Positions 40,301-52,600 of a stretch of 64,000 bases of DNA are shown piece after piece (the stretch's first letter is position 1; every line of letters begins with the position of its first letter). The stretch is from Klebsormidium nitens (lineage: Eukaryota; Plantae; Klebsormidiophyceae). Under the pieces are notes generated by a model that worked only from the letters and a program-made list of their open reading frames with translations, ran no database searches and was not told the DNA's origin. The stretch covers positions 62,001-126,000 of the forward strand of contig DF236970.1 in the NCBI GenBank assembly GCA_000708835.1. Reading direction: 5' to 3'. The position numbers and the translations under genes are program-made.

Positions 40301-43300
40301 GATTGAGACAATCAGAGACTCGTTGGTGATTAGCAGGAGCCTATGTACTGGATTCCGGAACTGAAACAAACGGAGAATGGTCAAGAGATAGTTGTCTGCG
40401 TCTCCCCACACTAAAGCCGGTAGCAATGATGAGTCGAAGGTCTCGATAGAAACGCGTGTAAGTTGTGCTGGAACGGCTTCGATCCACATGGCTCAACAAA
40501 GGCCAGCGCCCAGATTAGAACCCTGTTCCGACTTGGATTTGCAGCACCGAGAATCACAAATTCAGAGATCTACACTCTTCTCCTCTCAGACCCGAGAAAC
40601 AAACTTTCTGGGTGACTCATCCTGGTTCATGTCCGGAACCCAATACTTACCACGAGCTAAACATTACTTGGATCAGTAAAGTGCCCCCTGTCTCCCTCTC
40701 TTTTCTAGAACGTAATAAGCCAAAAGCAACAGTTTCTTTATCACCGCTTCAGAAGACGAATCTTTGAGGAGCTTCCGTATTGATTCCATGCTTCAATGTA
40801 GCCTCACCCTACAATAACGGACTCAAACTGACCCATCTTGGTTGTTTTCAGGTTCTTGCACACCGAATCTCAGCAAAAGTCACCTGAGGAGCGGCGATGG
40901 CTTGCCGGGGAACTCCCTGGTTGACTGGCCGGTGGGCGGTGGTTCCCACCCGGGTTAGCACCAGTGAGTTAACCAGGTCCTCTAACCGGTTGCGGAACTC
41001 GCTCGTCAGAATGGTGCTCACGTTGCGCCTGCAAGCGGTCAAGGAACGGGTTAAGAACAGGGTTCAGGAACCGTGGTTTGTCCGCAAATCAAGAAGTCGA
41101 TATCAGCAGTTGTGTTTAGGCAAACAAGTACTGGGCTGGAAGTTACGGAAATTGGTGATAGAGAGAACTAGAGTAGGATCAACCCACCTGGTTAGCAGCT
41201 CTTGCAGTTCCAGGTTATACGCACTCGCCTCGTCCACCCACCGCTCCTGCGGGGCTCGCCCGGCTCGTACTCCACTCCTCAACCCCCCTGCTAATCCAAT
41301 ACCCGCCCCCTGGTTGGCACCCAGTTCCTGAATAACCCTCGCTGCTACACCTTGGTTATGCCCTGCAACCCCGTTAACTCTCGGGGCAGCACCCTGGTTA
41401 GCCCCGAACCCTTGGTTACCGTTTGCTACCACCCCCTGGTTACCCCCTGACCCTTGATTAACCCTCGGGTTTGTGTTGAGGCGCTCGCCGGCGGCCTGCC
41501 GGCGGACGATGTTTTCAAGGTTGTGGCGGAAGAGTTCCCGGATGCCGCTGACAGGGCGACGAGCCCGCAGGCTGCCCATCTCTTCGACGCGGGCGCGGGG
41601 GGTGTGAGAGAGGGGGGGGGCGTCGGGCGCGGCGGGATTTTGGTGCGAGGACCGGCCATGGAAAAGCGACTGCAGAAACAAATGCAAGAACGTTCTCACA
41701 TCGATCATGTCTTTTCTTCGTCCTCTGTTTCTGCTTGCCCCTCTGACTGACGGTCAGGGGACTACTCAGGACAGGACTAAGGAACGATTGAAAACGAATC
41801 TGGATAGTCAGGGAGAGGGAAGTGGCAAGGAAAGCATGCAGGTTGATCATGACCCGAAGTACAGCACTACCTTCGTGGCTGCCTGCTTCCCATCTTTTCG
41901 ACATTTTCTCGTTTCCGAATGAAGAATCAGGGGTTGAATCAACCACGGACAGAAAGCTGACCGTACCTGAAGCCGCGTCCTGTGCGCAAACGCCGACACA
42001 GCCCGTTGCTGTCCGAGCCCCGCCAGCTCGCGCTCCCGCTCCGCCGCCTCTAAATCCAGAAAGCGGTCTCGCTGCGCCGCGCGATGACGGACCATCTGAC
42101 GCTCCCGCTGTGTGGCCTCCGTGCGCGAGCGCGCGCTTTCCCGCAAGCGGACTAACTCGCTGACACTGACTTGGATGCGGGCTTGGGGCGGGTTAGGAGG
42201 GGTTTGAGGGGGGTTAAGGGGGGTGATTTGTACAAGGTTCTGGGTTTGTGGTTGTTGGCGGGGTTCTGCGGTGGAGGGTGCTGCGTTGGAGGAGTTTGCA
42301 ATCTGATCGAACGACGCCTCTCGTGTTACTGTCTGCTCAAGTGGAATAGAAGTCTCTGGACCCCCAGCTGACAAGTTACTGCCCTCCTCAGCACCCATTC
42401 CGTTATTGGCGTCCAAACCTCCTTCACTTCCGACAGCCACCTCTGTTCCGTCCTGCCCTTCACTATCACCGGTGCCCCCGTCTCTCTCCATCTGACTACT
42501 TTCTTGATACACATCATCCCTGTTTCCATCCCCGTTGCTATTCACATCAGTGGCGTCAGGTTGCCTCCGAACAACCCCTCGCCGAGGAGCCCTACTTCGA
42601 AGCTCCTCCGTTTCTAAGTGCCTATGAAGCTCCATTTCCCGCCAACGCTGCAGGGCCTCCAGGTGCGCCCTCTGCATGTAGGGCTCAAAGTCGAGGTCCC
42701 GGCGGGAAGTAGAGGCGGCAGGTTCGTCCTGCAAACAAATGTTTATCTCATCAAAGCAGCCGCCTTAAGATGGTTTAATCATGCTTTTCCAGAAAGAGGA
42801 TGGTTATTATTACAGATTCGTCCCAGCTCGTGATCAAGATCTACCAATTCGGCTAACCATCTATTCAAGCAAGCTTGATTGGCTTGACCACTAGGACAAT
42901 GCGCACGCGTTTGAGATCCAGATGTCACAGAACTGCTCATGCTGTGCTGGCAAATGCCAAGCTGTACTTAAGTTGGCACGTAGTCTTGGAAGAGAACAAA
43001 CTCGGAGGATGTTGAGAAGCAGAAACCTTTGTAGCTTCAACGTAAGTGGTTGCAGAGGGGACGAGGCAGTACCCGCAGAAAAGAGGCGCCCAGCATGCTT
43101 GACACTGCTTGCATCCTCGACAAGGCCACCAGCTCTGGAACCTGTGACATAGTGTCACAATCATGTGAGTCCCGGGGCCGCCGGCGCCTGAGGAGCCCCC
43201 CTTGTTCTCCCTCGTCTTCATCAGTGATCACTCCAGAGCTCTCTCCGATTTCGTAAACATCCGCGCCACCGGGATCGCTTGATCTCTCCTCTGATGAAGC

Positions 43301-44639
43301 TTTCACATCACACCCCTCGTTGCGTTCAGACGCTGCCTGATTGCCTTTGTCTATTCCAACAACAGACTTCTCGTTCTGTCCCGCCCCAACACCGCCGTCA
43401 CTTTGGCACGCCTGTTCCGCTTCATTGTTTTCGAACTCGATCTCGTCATGGTTTCCCCTCTCCACAGCAGAGGCGCTCCCATCCCCCTGGAAACGAAACC
43501 GGTGGCCAAAGGTCTCCCCAGCAGCAGCTTCCATGCAAGCGGTGAGGTGGTCTCCAATGAGGGCTTCCAGGCCCCTCCGAAACAGAGCATCTGCGTTGGT
43601 CACCGCACGCGCCTCCTCAATCGCCATCATCTCCTGTTTCTGCTGCACCTGTAAGGATGATGTCAGCAGCGACGTCAGCACTGGAGTCGGCTGAGAGTGA
43701 GTGCCCTGGTACTTGGGTTTTCCAAAGCACTGGCTGAGGGCAAAACCCTAAACACGACGGCAGCTTACAAGAAGGTGAACAAGACCAGCTGAAATCTTAG
43801 GGGCACCGGAAACCCTTGGAAAATCCTTCACCGGCAGGCTGCCAGTCTTGGATCTTGCATCAAATAGCTCAACAAGCAAGTTGTGTAGTTGGACAACCTG
43901 AAGATACCACAATGGTTTCAAAAAGCCAGCTCGAACACCTTCCAATGAGTCCAATCAACCAAGTTGGGGTGATGTGCCTGACTCAGCTGGCTGAAAGCAC
44001 GTTTCAACAGTCCCTTGATCAGATGCGCAATCTTTCGTGTACTTCTAGACGAGCCTGTGATATCTCACTCCCCAGCTCAAGGTCAAACAGAAAAAACACA
44101 AAGGTTCTTCAAACACTTCCGCAATTTATGCACAAAAACAGACATTCTATCATAAGGCGAACAGCCAGCAATCTTCAGCAAGGAGAGGAACTCAGTCAAC
44201 ATGTTGATTGTACAGAATAATCAGACATTTGTTTCCTGCAGATATTGTGACTGTTGATGTGCCAGGACACAATGCTGCGTGTTTACAGTACCAACCTCTC
44301 AGTACTTGCTTGATGAGAGTTGGTCCAGCCAGCTCAATGCCAGATGTGAAAAGCCGCAACAAATGCAGCAGAGCGCTGAACAAAGCCTTTGTGACTCACA
44401 AGTTGCAATTGCAGGATGGCAGCAAGCCGCTCGTCCCCATCACATCCTTCCTCCTGCTCGTGCAGGATGCTGACGTCATCCCCCGATGATGTCGCATCCA
44501 TGCTAGCCGCTCCCGCTTCCTCAATCTCACTAGGGCCCTCAGGCTTTCTTTGGCAGCGGCCCTCCTGCGAGATGCTCACGGCCGTCCCTGGCATGCTCTC
44601 CGGAGCCCTCGGAGGAAGCTGACATCTTCCCTCCTCCAT
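37353..44639 (-). CDS. RING-finger (C3HC4, C-terminal) E3 ligase of the plant 'AHRNRIQ / LELQRS..QEV' family, ~940 aa
   Basis: Exons: 44400-44639, 43769-43897 (less certain), 43073-43648, 41967-42728, 41188-41669, 40884-41028, 39983-40087, 39130-39231, 38161-38330, 37353-37470; phases consistent. Conserved blocks [43 protein letters not shown] and [21 protein letters not shown]: [40 protein letters not shown]. The start codon is less certain. Confidence 0.85.
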
Positions 44640-44865
44640 TGCAGCAACGACGCCCGCAGCAAAGCTGCCAGTGCTGGCGCCAGCACGAACTCGACAAAAC
44701 CCTACCCAAGACTCAAGAGCAGCCCAAGAGTCAAGACAGTGTCAGAACTTAGAAGTGGCCAATGGCCATCTAGATTCAATTTCTAGCTCTCAGAGCTGCT
44801 CTGCTTCATCTCCCTTCCTTCCCAGTGCCCACGCTTCAGCTGCATCCTCGCCGTTCCTCGGTTCA

Positions 44866-45315
44866 ACCTGAGGCCCCTCTTCCACTAGCGGTCGGTCTTC
44901 GATTCCTCTATTACGGTAGACCGGTCTTACACTGGTCTTCGGTCACCGGTCTTCCGAGAACTCCGTGCCACGTCGGCGGTCAAGAAGTATTTATTTTACT
45001 ACCGCTGGATTTCGCCGGTACTGAAATAATTCCACCGGTCTTCCGAAGGATCCGTCAAATCCAACCAATGACAAGGCGGCGCGCACCGTGGGGCTCGAAC
45101 GGCAATGATTGAGTAGCCTGTCTACACTGGTGCCGCCATTTTTGAGACGAAGACCGACCGGAAGAAGGACCGGAGACCTCTTCCATTGTGTAGCGGTCGG
45201 TCTTCAATTCTCTGAAATTCTATTGGCTGGCTCCGCATTCCTCCGGTCTTTCTAGCGGGTCTTCGAATTTTAATTTCGGGAAGACCAGACCGGTAGTGGA
45301 AGAGGGGCCTCAGGT
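44866..45315. mobile_element. Non-autonomous TIR element (MITE), 450 bp, PIF/Harbinger-like ends
   Basis: Left end 44866-44900 is ACCTGAGGCCCCTCTTCCACTAGCGGTCGGTCTTC. The reverse complement of the right end (45280-45315) is ACCTGAGGCCCCTCTTCCACTACCGGTCTGGTCTTC: 22 perfect bases, then one mismatch and one gap. Many internal CGGTCTTC words and no ORF. Confidence 0.8.
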
Positions 45316-46602
45316 GCATCATGCACCGACTTAGACTAGTCGGGACTCGGCTGCATGCATGCCCGCCCCAGCCGGAGCGCCCTCGGGCGGGCTACCTCAC
45401 TGACACCGAAATAAAACACCGGGAGAGTAAAGACATCCCCGATCCAGTCCCCCAGTGACCCTGGTTAAGGTCTTGACCGCCGGGGCCCTGCCCCCGGGTC
45501 TCGTAAAGGAGACGGTTATCTGGTTAAATGACCCTGATTGCGTCGGTGTTTTCTACCGGCTTTGCCACTTGCTTGGGGTTAAACTCTCCGGATGGCTTAC
45601 GAATTTGTGCGTACGACCGGTGCTACCACATCGGGTAACCCTTGACTCGGGGGAAAGACGCGGACTGCCCGGAGGATGACATCAGCGGGTGATCGTTCTG
45701 ACATCAGCCTCTGCTACTTGTGCAATAAGCTAGCGCCAGCGCGACAAGCCCATGGCTTCAAAGAAACGCTTTTCAAAAGCCAATGCCAATGGCAATGGAA
45801 ATGGCGGCTCCTTCTGCAGCTTGTTTCTGTGCGGTCTTCAATCAGCATGTGGCCTGGGGGAGCGTTAGGGCGATCTTTTACTAGTACTGCGGCAGCTTCG
45901 AAAAAGCAGTAGGGACTGTAGTTGGCACTTTGGCGGAGGCGCTTGTGTTTTTGTTTGTGTTTGCAGCTGTGCGGGACTCATAGGCTTCAAGCCAGCTCTG
46001 TCCTTCTCAATGGGCACATATGTAGGAGGTTTGATGTGCTGGAAGCAGAAGAAGGGTGAGGTGTGAAACGTTTGACATTACGGTGGTGTGGCAAAGTTGT
46101 GCCAGACATTTTGGCTTCTTGCACTTGCTGAAAACAGAGGTGCAAGCGAGCAACTTCTGGCCAGCTCTTTAAGGGACACAGCAGAAGATCAGATCTTAGG
46201 GTGGGCATTACAGTAGTGGCAACTAGCATCCAACACAAATGCGCATAAAGCAGGGCTGGTCACATTGAAAACCAGGCAACCTTTGCACGGAGGTAAGGGA
46301 GCAACAAAAAGTCCTTGCTTCAGTAGAACGACGAGTCTTTGATAGCCACCCCTAGAGAAGGGGACACCATGCAGGGCTACAACTAGTTTTAGCCTCCATT
46401 AACCCTTTCTCAACCCTCCGTTGGCTGGAGCCTTAACCACCGCTGTAAACTTCTCCAAACCCGTGGCGTAAGCTGCCCCAAACCTGCCAGGGGTGAGGCC
46501 TTGACCCCACTGGCAGGGCTGGCGATCATCGTCCAGATGGCCATCACCTTGACCACTTTTCTAACCTTCTTTAGAACCTGAGTTAACCTGCCGGAAACCA
46601 CT

Positions 46603-49600
46603 ATGGCTGAGGCCTTGACCGCGCTGGCGGGGTTAGCGACCATCGTCCAGATGGCCATCGCCGCCGGCATGAAGGCCAAGAGCCACAAGCACAACGTGCA
46701 AGCACTTGTGCGCCGGCTCAAGCTCGTACCCCCACTCATTGAGGAGGTGCGCGCCTCAAGGACCCCCCTGACTGAGGCGCAGCTGAACGTGTTTGAGAAC
46801 TTGGAGCACGCAATGCAGAGGGCCAAGGACCTGCTGACCAAGTGCAGCGAGAACAGCAAGCTGTACATGATCTTCCGGGGGGATAGCATTGTGCAGAAGT
46901 TCCGAGACGTGGGACTAGACCTCGACCGGTGCCTCTCAGCGCTTCCCCTTGTGCAGCTCAAAGTGTCTGACGGTACCCTTGAGAAGGTGAGGAAGGAACC
47001 GATGGTGTGCTTAACTTTAGGCCTCAAAGAAGAGCAATGGCCTTGAGTGAATGTCTCCTTTCTGACTTGCTATCATGTGCAAGCTGACCCGTGCATTCTC
47101 CGGGCAACTGATGCACAATCAAAGAAACAGAATGCAGTAAGAATGTGGAGTTTGCAGTCTCTTAGTGCGTACGAGTCTAGCCTCGACTTGTGTGACAGTC
47201 TTAACATTGTTGGACAGTCAGTACTCTGGTTTGACTCGTAGCACCCCTCTTTGCACAATTGTTTCAGCCCGCAGATGCTTTGAAGAGTTGATTTCTGCTG
47301 ACGACCTGAAAGAATCCATGTAGTCTTTTGGTGCACCACTTGGGGGTATATACGTCCTTCTTCTGTAAGCATGCATCCTTGCGTGCTCAGTTCACGGCAC
47401 TATAAGGTTCATCTGTATGCTAGAGCATTCTTGCATCAACAGGCAACACCCATCGGGCTGTAACCATGTTGCGAAAACTTCTCACAACTGCGATCCAGTC
47501 TGCTCACTGAAGCGTCTTCTTGTCATTCCCCTCTTTCCATCTCCTATACTTTGTTCTTTGTTCTTTTGCGATTGGTGTTTTGGAAGTCATATCAATCAGA
47601 AGTGATGATGCACTTAGGGTAAAGATCGAAATTCATCCGACAAAATCACAAGATGTACTAGAAACGCTTTTGCAGATTGAAGAGGTGAGCGTGGCCCTCC
47701 GTGAGACAAAGTTTAAGGTGGATGTCGTCGACCAGAACTTGTCCCTCAAGATCGCAGAGGCTCTCAAGGAACAGCGGGAGGCGCAGCAGGTCAACGAGGA
47801 CCTGCTCAGAAGGTCAGTAACTCCCTTGTACAAGCAAGTTAACCATTCATCAGGTAGATTCACTTTCAATTCTGGTTCTTAAAGACACTAATTCTTGGTA
47901 ACAAGCGAGGGCTAAAATAACTTCTTTTCCAAGGTGATGTAGCCGAGGTGAAAATCCAGCAGTTGGGTCACTTTCTCATGTGTCAAAATTTTGAGTTGGA
48001 CAGGTTCTGGCCGTGTGAACAATGAGAGGAAGCCTCGAATTTCTAGGCATTGCTTCAGCTTTCATGACACTTTGCTTTCCTCAAGGAAGTTGAATTGACG
48101 CTTGCCACACATCGTGTGTGCGGTTAAAAGAAACTGCCCTCCCAATGAATCTCTAACATGTCCAGCCATAGAGTCTATTTGTTCAGACCCTTTTCATGTC
48201 TAGATTTTGAACATTTTTCACCCCAAATCTTTTCGGTTGTCGCAGCCTGGCCACTCAACTGGACCTGACCACTGTCCAAGCATCCCGAGCGGAGGAAAAA
48301 GGCCTGCTGAGGGACCGGGAAGAGGCGCGAGCGGAGAAGGAACGAGGGGTATGCTCAAGCCTCTACTTTCATCCGTGCATATCTTGCTTCTTGTGAAAGT
48401 CTGCATGTCGTCCTTGAAAGTTGACCAAGTGCAGGAACGAAATGTTGATGAGCCCATCGACCAAAAACCTTCGCCATGATCTGCGTTGTAGGTTCTGAAC
48501 CGCTTTGATTCGGAGGCACCATGCTTGCAGGCCAGTCTTGTGCAGTGACCCTTGTGATCCATTTTAAAGCCTCCTATTGTCACATGCATATGAGCTTGTT
48601 GACCTGAATTGTCATTACACTCTCGGCCTGTCACGTCAAATGCAAGATAGTCAGCGTCATCAACTGATCGAACACCATTCATCCAACAGAACAGCCACAC
48701 ATTTGACTCTCTCTGAAAGGTAGCTTAGGAATCAATCGTTTCTGCAAAGTTTCTCGAGTAGAAGCGACCTCCAAGCTTCTCAGCGAGAATACATTGAGCG
48801 TTTATTGCACTGGAATGACCCTTCTGTGGAGAAAGATGATTTTCTGCTCAAGTCGCAACTCTTTCCTGCTGTCTTTCGCAGGAGGAAGCGTATTCAACTA
48901 GATCATGCACCTTGTAGAATAATACATCAAGATCTCCTCTGCCAAACAACAAGAGACGCAGTTCTCGTGCTCAATCTCACGATTATTCTCTGCTGTATTC
49001 GCAGGAAGAGGCCTACATCAACCAGATTATCCACCTGCTAGACACGCTCGAGCTGGCCGACTCCTCGTCGCGCAAGGAGAGCCCCAAGTCGGTGCTGGTG
49101 CCACCGCCGCAGCCACCGGACGAGTTCCGCTGTCCGGTGTCGTTGGACCTTATGGCGGACCCAGTCATTCTGGATTCGGGGCATACCTTCGAGCGGGCTT
49201 ACATCCAAAAGTGGTGAGTTTTCTCTTCTCTCGAACCGTTTGACAAGTGGAGGTGGTTATTGTTCACAATTGAAGCCGTTGAATCGTCCAGCTTTTCGAG
49301 TTGGCTGCGAAAACAAGGGGTGTGTTTTGCACTTGTGAGGGTCAATGCATTGATATTGCTTCCACTTTGCAGTCCTTTGGTTGCAGCCGTTGTGATCTTT
49401 TCAGCGTGCATCACAATTGCGCTAGGAGTTCAGGAGACTGTCTCCTGGACTATGCCTTCGCTGTTTCACGAACTTTGAACGGTCTCCTAAGACGTTGGTC
49501 CGTTTCTCTTGTCTGGCATTTCTTCAATGAAGTGCAGCGAAATGCCTCGTGCCTCCAGGTGACTTCTCGGTTCTATCGGGAGGAGTGTTTGTCAGCATTC

Positions 49601-52600
49601 TCCGAGTAAAGGAATGGTTGCTCGCTTCATCTCGTCGTCCAGAGATTCTGCAAAGAGCGTTGACGATCGGTCGACCTTGTTCCTGGAACAGCGAGCAGAC
49701 TGAAAATGTGAATACCAGAAAAGGAAACGGAATAATAGGATCCTAAGACAGAAATGTCGTGTGTTTCTTCATCCAAACAGGTTGGACGACGGCCATCGCA
49801 CATGTCCCATCTCCCGCAAACCGCTGATGACGCTCAAGCTCATCCCCAACCAGACGCTCAAGGGCATGATCATCACGTGGTGCGAGAAGAACCACGTGCC
49901 CCTGCCGACCCTCCCCGTGCTCAGAATGGAACCCCTCGCTGACGTGGCACCTTCTGCTGACGTGGCACGTGAGGCTGACGTGGCGCCGGCCATCCTCGAA
50001 GGCTTCAAGGGCTTGCGTTTCAACAACGACTTCAGCGGGAGTTCCGCGGAGTGGGAAGAGTACGAGATTGCAGAGCGGGGGAGCAAGAAGCGGCGGGGGA
50101 TCTCGAAGTTTGAAGAGGAGCTCAGCCGGTTTGCGGGCCACCAAACCGGGTTAGCGGAGCTGTTTGGCAAACCCGGGTCAAGGCGCAGCAAGGCAAACGA
50201 GATGATCCGGGGGGTAGAGGCAGCGCCTCAGCGGCTGATGCTGTATAACATCGAAACGGAGAGCGGTGGAAGCGGGCCGATCGCCGAGGGTTTGGCGTTT
50301 GGGGCGTCGAATGCTGACGCTGTCTCAACGGGGCCAAGTCCTACCTCTGGACAGAGTTCGGACGGGTCGAAGAACCGGAACTCAGGACAGCTGTCGGACA
50401 GGTCGAGAAACTCTGGGCAGCTTCCGGACGGGTTGAAGAACTCCGGGCAGTTTTCGGACGGCTTGAAAAATTCCGGTCAGTTCTCGGACGGGTTCAGCGC
50501 GCTCGGCGACCTGTACAACTCGGGAAGCTTGAAGCTGGGCGACCCAGACGCCTACGCGAGCGTCGACATCCGCGACCTTATGTGCGAGAGCCCGCTGCGC
50601 GACGACGTCATTGCGCCGATCGATGACGTCAGCATTCCGCTCGGCGACGGGCTGCTTGGTTTCGGTGGGGGGGAGCAGGGGCCAGGGGACTCGAGCCCGT
50701 CGCGGGGGTCGGGTTTATTCGGCGAGCCGAAATTCCGGTTGAGCTGGGCGCGGCGGAACTCGGAGAACAAGCTTTTGTTGCCCGAGATGTGCCCCAGTAC
50801 TAGTTACCAAGCGGAGTTGGGGTCACTAGAGTCGCCCCAGGGTTTGGGCTCGGATCCTTTGGGGGGGGTAACCGAGCAGGGTTATCAGGGGATGTTGCTC
50901 AAGCCGCACGGTTTCGAAACGCAGCGTGAGAGCGGAAAGGAGCGGGTTTTGGAGGAGGGGTTGAGATTAGCGGATGGGCACTCGGGGCCTCAAGACGGTT
51001 ATCAGGAGAAGCGGTCTCTCCCTCTTGATTTTCTTTTGGAGACTTCGCCCTCTGGGGGTCAAAGCCACAGACACGGACACAAGGAGCATCTTCGGCCGCT
51101 CGCGCGGGGGGGCGCGAGCGTGCATGGTGTGAAAAAGGGGGGCGTCAGCAAGGGGGCTGCGCACAGTGGCAGCGGGCATAATCGGGAGGGGTTAACGAAC
51201 GGAGTTTTTGGGATCGGGTCGACGGGAAATGGGGGTCTGGACTGGGCCGGTGGCATGGGGGGGATCGGAGGCCAACCGCACAAGGAGAGTTTGCAAGGAG
51301 CACTTGCCGGTGCTGGCGAGGTTAGTGCAAAAGGGGGTGGAGGTGTGAACGGGCTCCGGGTTACAGAAGGGGTCAAAGTGCAGAAAGGCGGTGCGCACGG
51401 AGGGCTTGCTGGAGATAACAGTATTGACGGGGTTAGTGCGAACAGGGCCCAAGTTGCGAACGGGCTCGGTGCAAACGGGCATGGTGCGAACGGGCTCGGT
51501 GCGAATGGGCACCGGCCACCGTCGTTGACTGCGCGCACACTCAGCGGGGCGGGAGGGGTTTCCAGCAGACGAACGTTCTCGCAGCAACTGCACCACTTTG
51601 ACTGGGAGATCGACGGCTTGGAATCGAGCCCGTCTCCCCCCGAGCTAATCCGGGGGGCGGGCGCGCTGCTGAACGGGCGAGACCGATCGAAAAGCTCTAG
51701 ACGTTCCTCCGACCCTGTGCGGCAGGAGGGAAGGCTAGAGAGCGCGGCGGTGCACCGGCGGGGGGCATCGCTGCCCCAGGAACCGGCAGGTGTGAGATAG
51801 AAGGGGACTGGCTAAACACTGACCTTTCTGTCTTAGCTTCCACTGCGTTCAATGAGATAGGGCCTGGCCAGCATTTCGTATGCTCAATCAGTGGGCCATG
51901 ACCCTGACAGCCCGCACTTTTTTGGCCCCCTCAGACCCGGCGCATAATGTGCATTTGTTCAATCCCTGTAGCCGTCTTCAGCGGGTTTGCAAGCCTGCAT
52001 AGAGTTGCCGCTCGAACTCACAAATATCCAAAAACCGGGCCGAAACGTTCGAACCTAAGCAGTTACCGGCTCTTGGTAGAAGGCTCTCCTCCCTACCCTC
52101 TTGGAGATCCCAATAGCCCCCTTTGATGTGGCTTCTTAAGAAGCGGAATCCACTTTTGAGCCATTCAAAGCCGCCACTTTGCAAGTTTTACTGCTTTAGT
52201 GGTACAGGAGGGAGTCTGTTAACCTTCCGTCTCAAACACCCCTTCTTTTTGGCGGCAGGTCGCTGCCCCCCCTTTTGTGCTCTCCTTGAAAATTTCCAAC
52301 ATGCATATCAACGCAACTACTTTGCACAGATAAACTGCTTCAGAAACCTGACAGGTTTAGTCAAATATTATCCCAGACCAACCCGCCCCTCCTTGGCTGC
52401 AGGCCCTCCTCCGCTGGCTTTGCAGCCCCCCGATGCGCCACTTCAACTCAGCCACTTTTAACACATAAGTACTGCTTCGGAAGATCGTGAAGTATTAGTC
52501 AGATTCTCAATCCCTGCTTTTCCCCCACCCCGGCCTTTCGCTGCCCCTTCCCTTGGCTCGTAGCCCTCCGATATGTCATTCCAGAGCCGCCTTTTACCAA

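Noticed and set aside
46410-47027. 205-aa minus-strand ORF
   Set aside because: Antisense shadow of PUB exon 1. The same applies to most other track ORFs overlapping modelled exons, e.g. 15005-15640, 43341-43694, 51059-51538 and 61937-62359.
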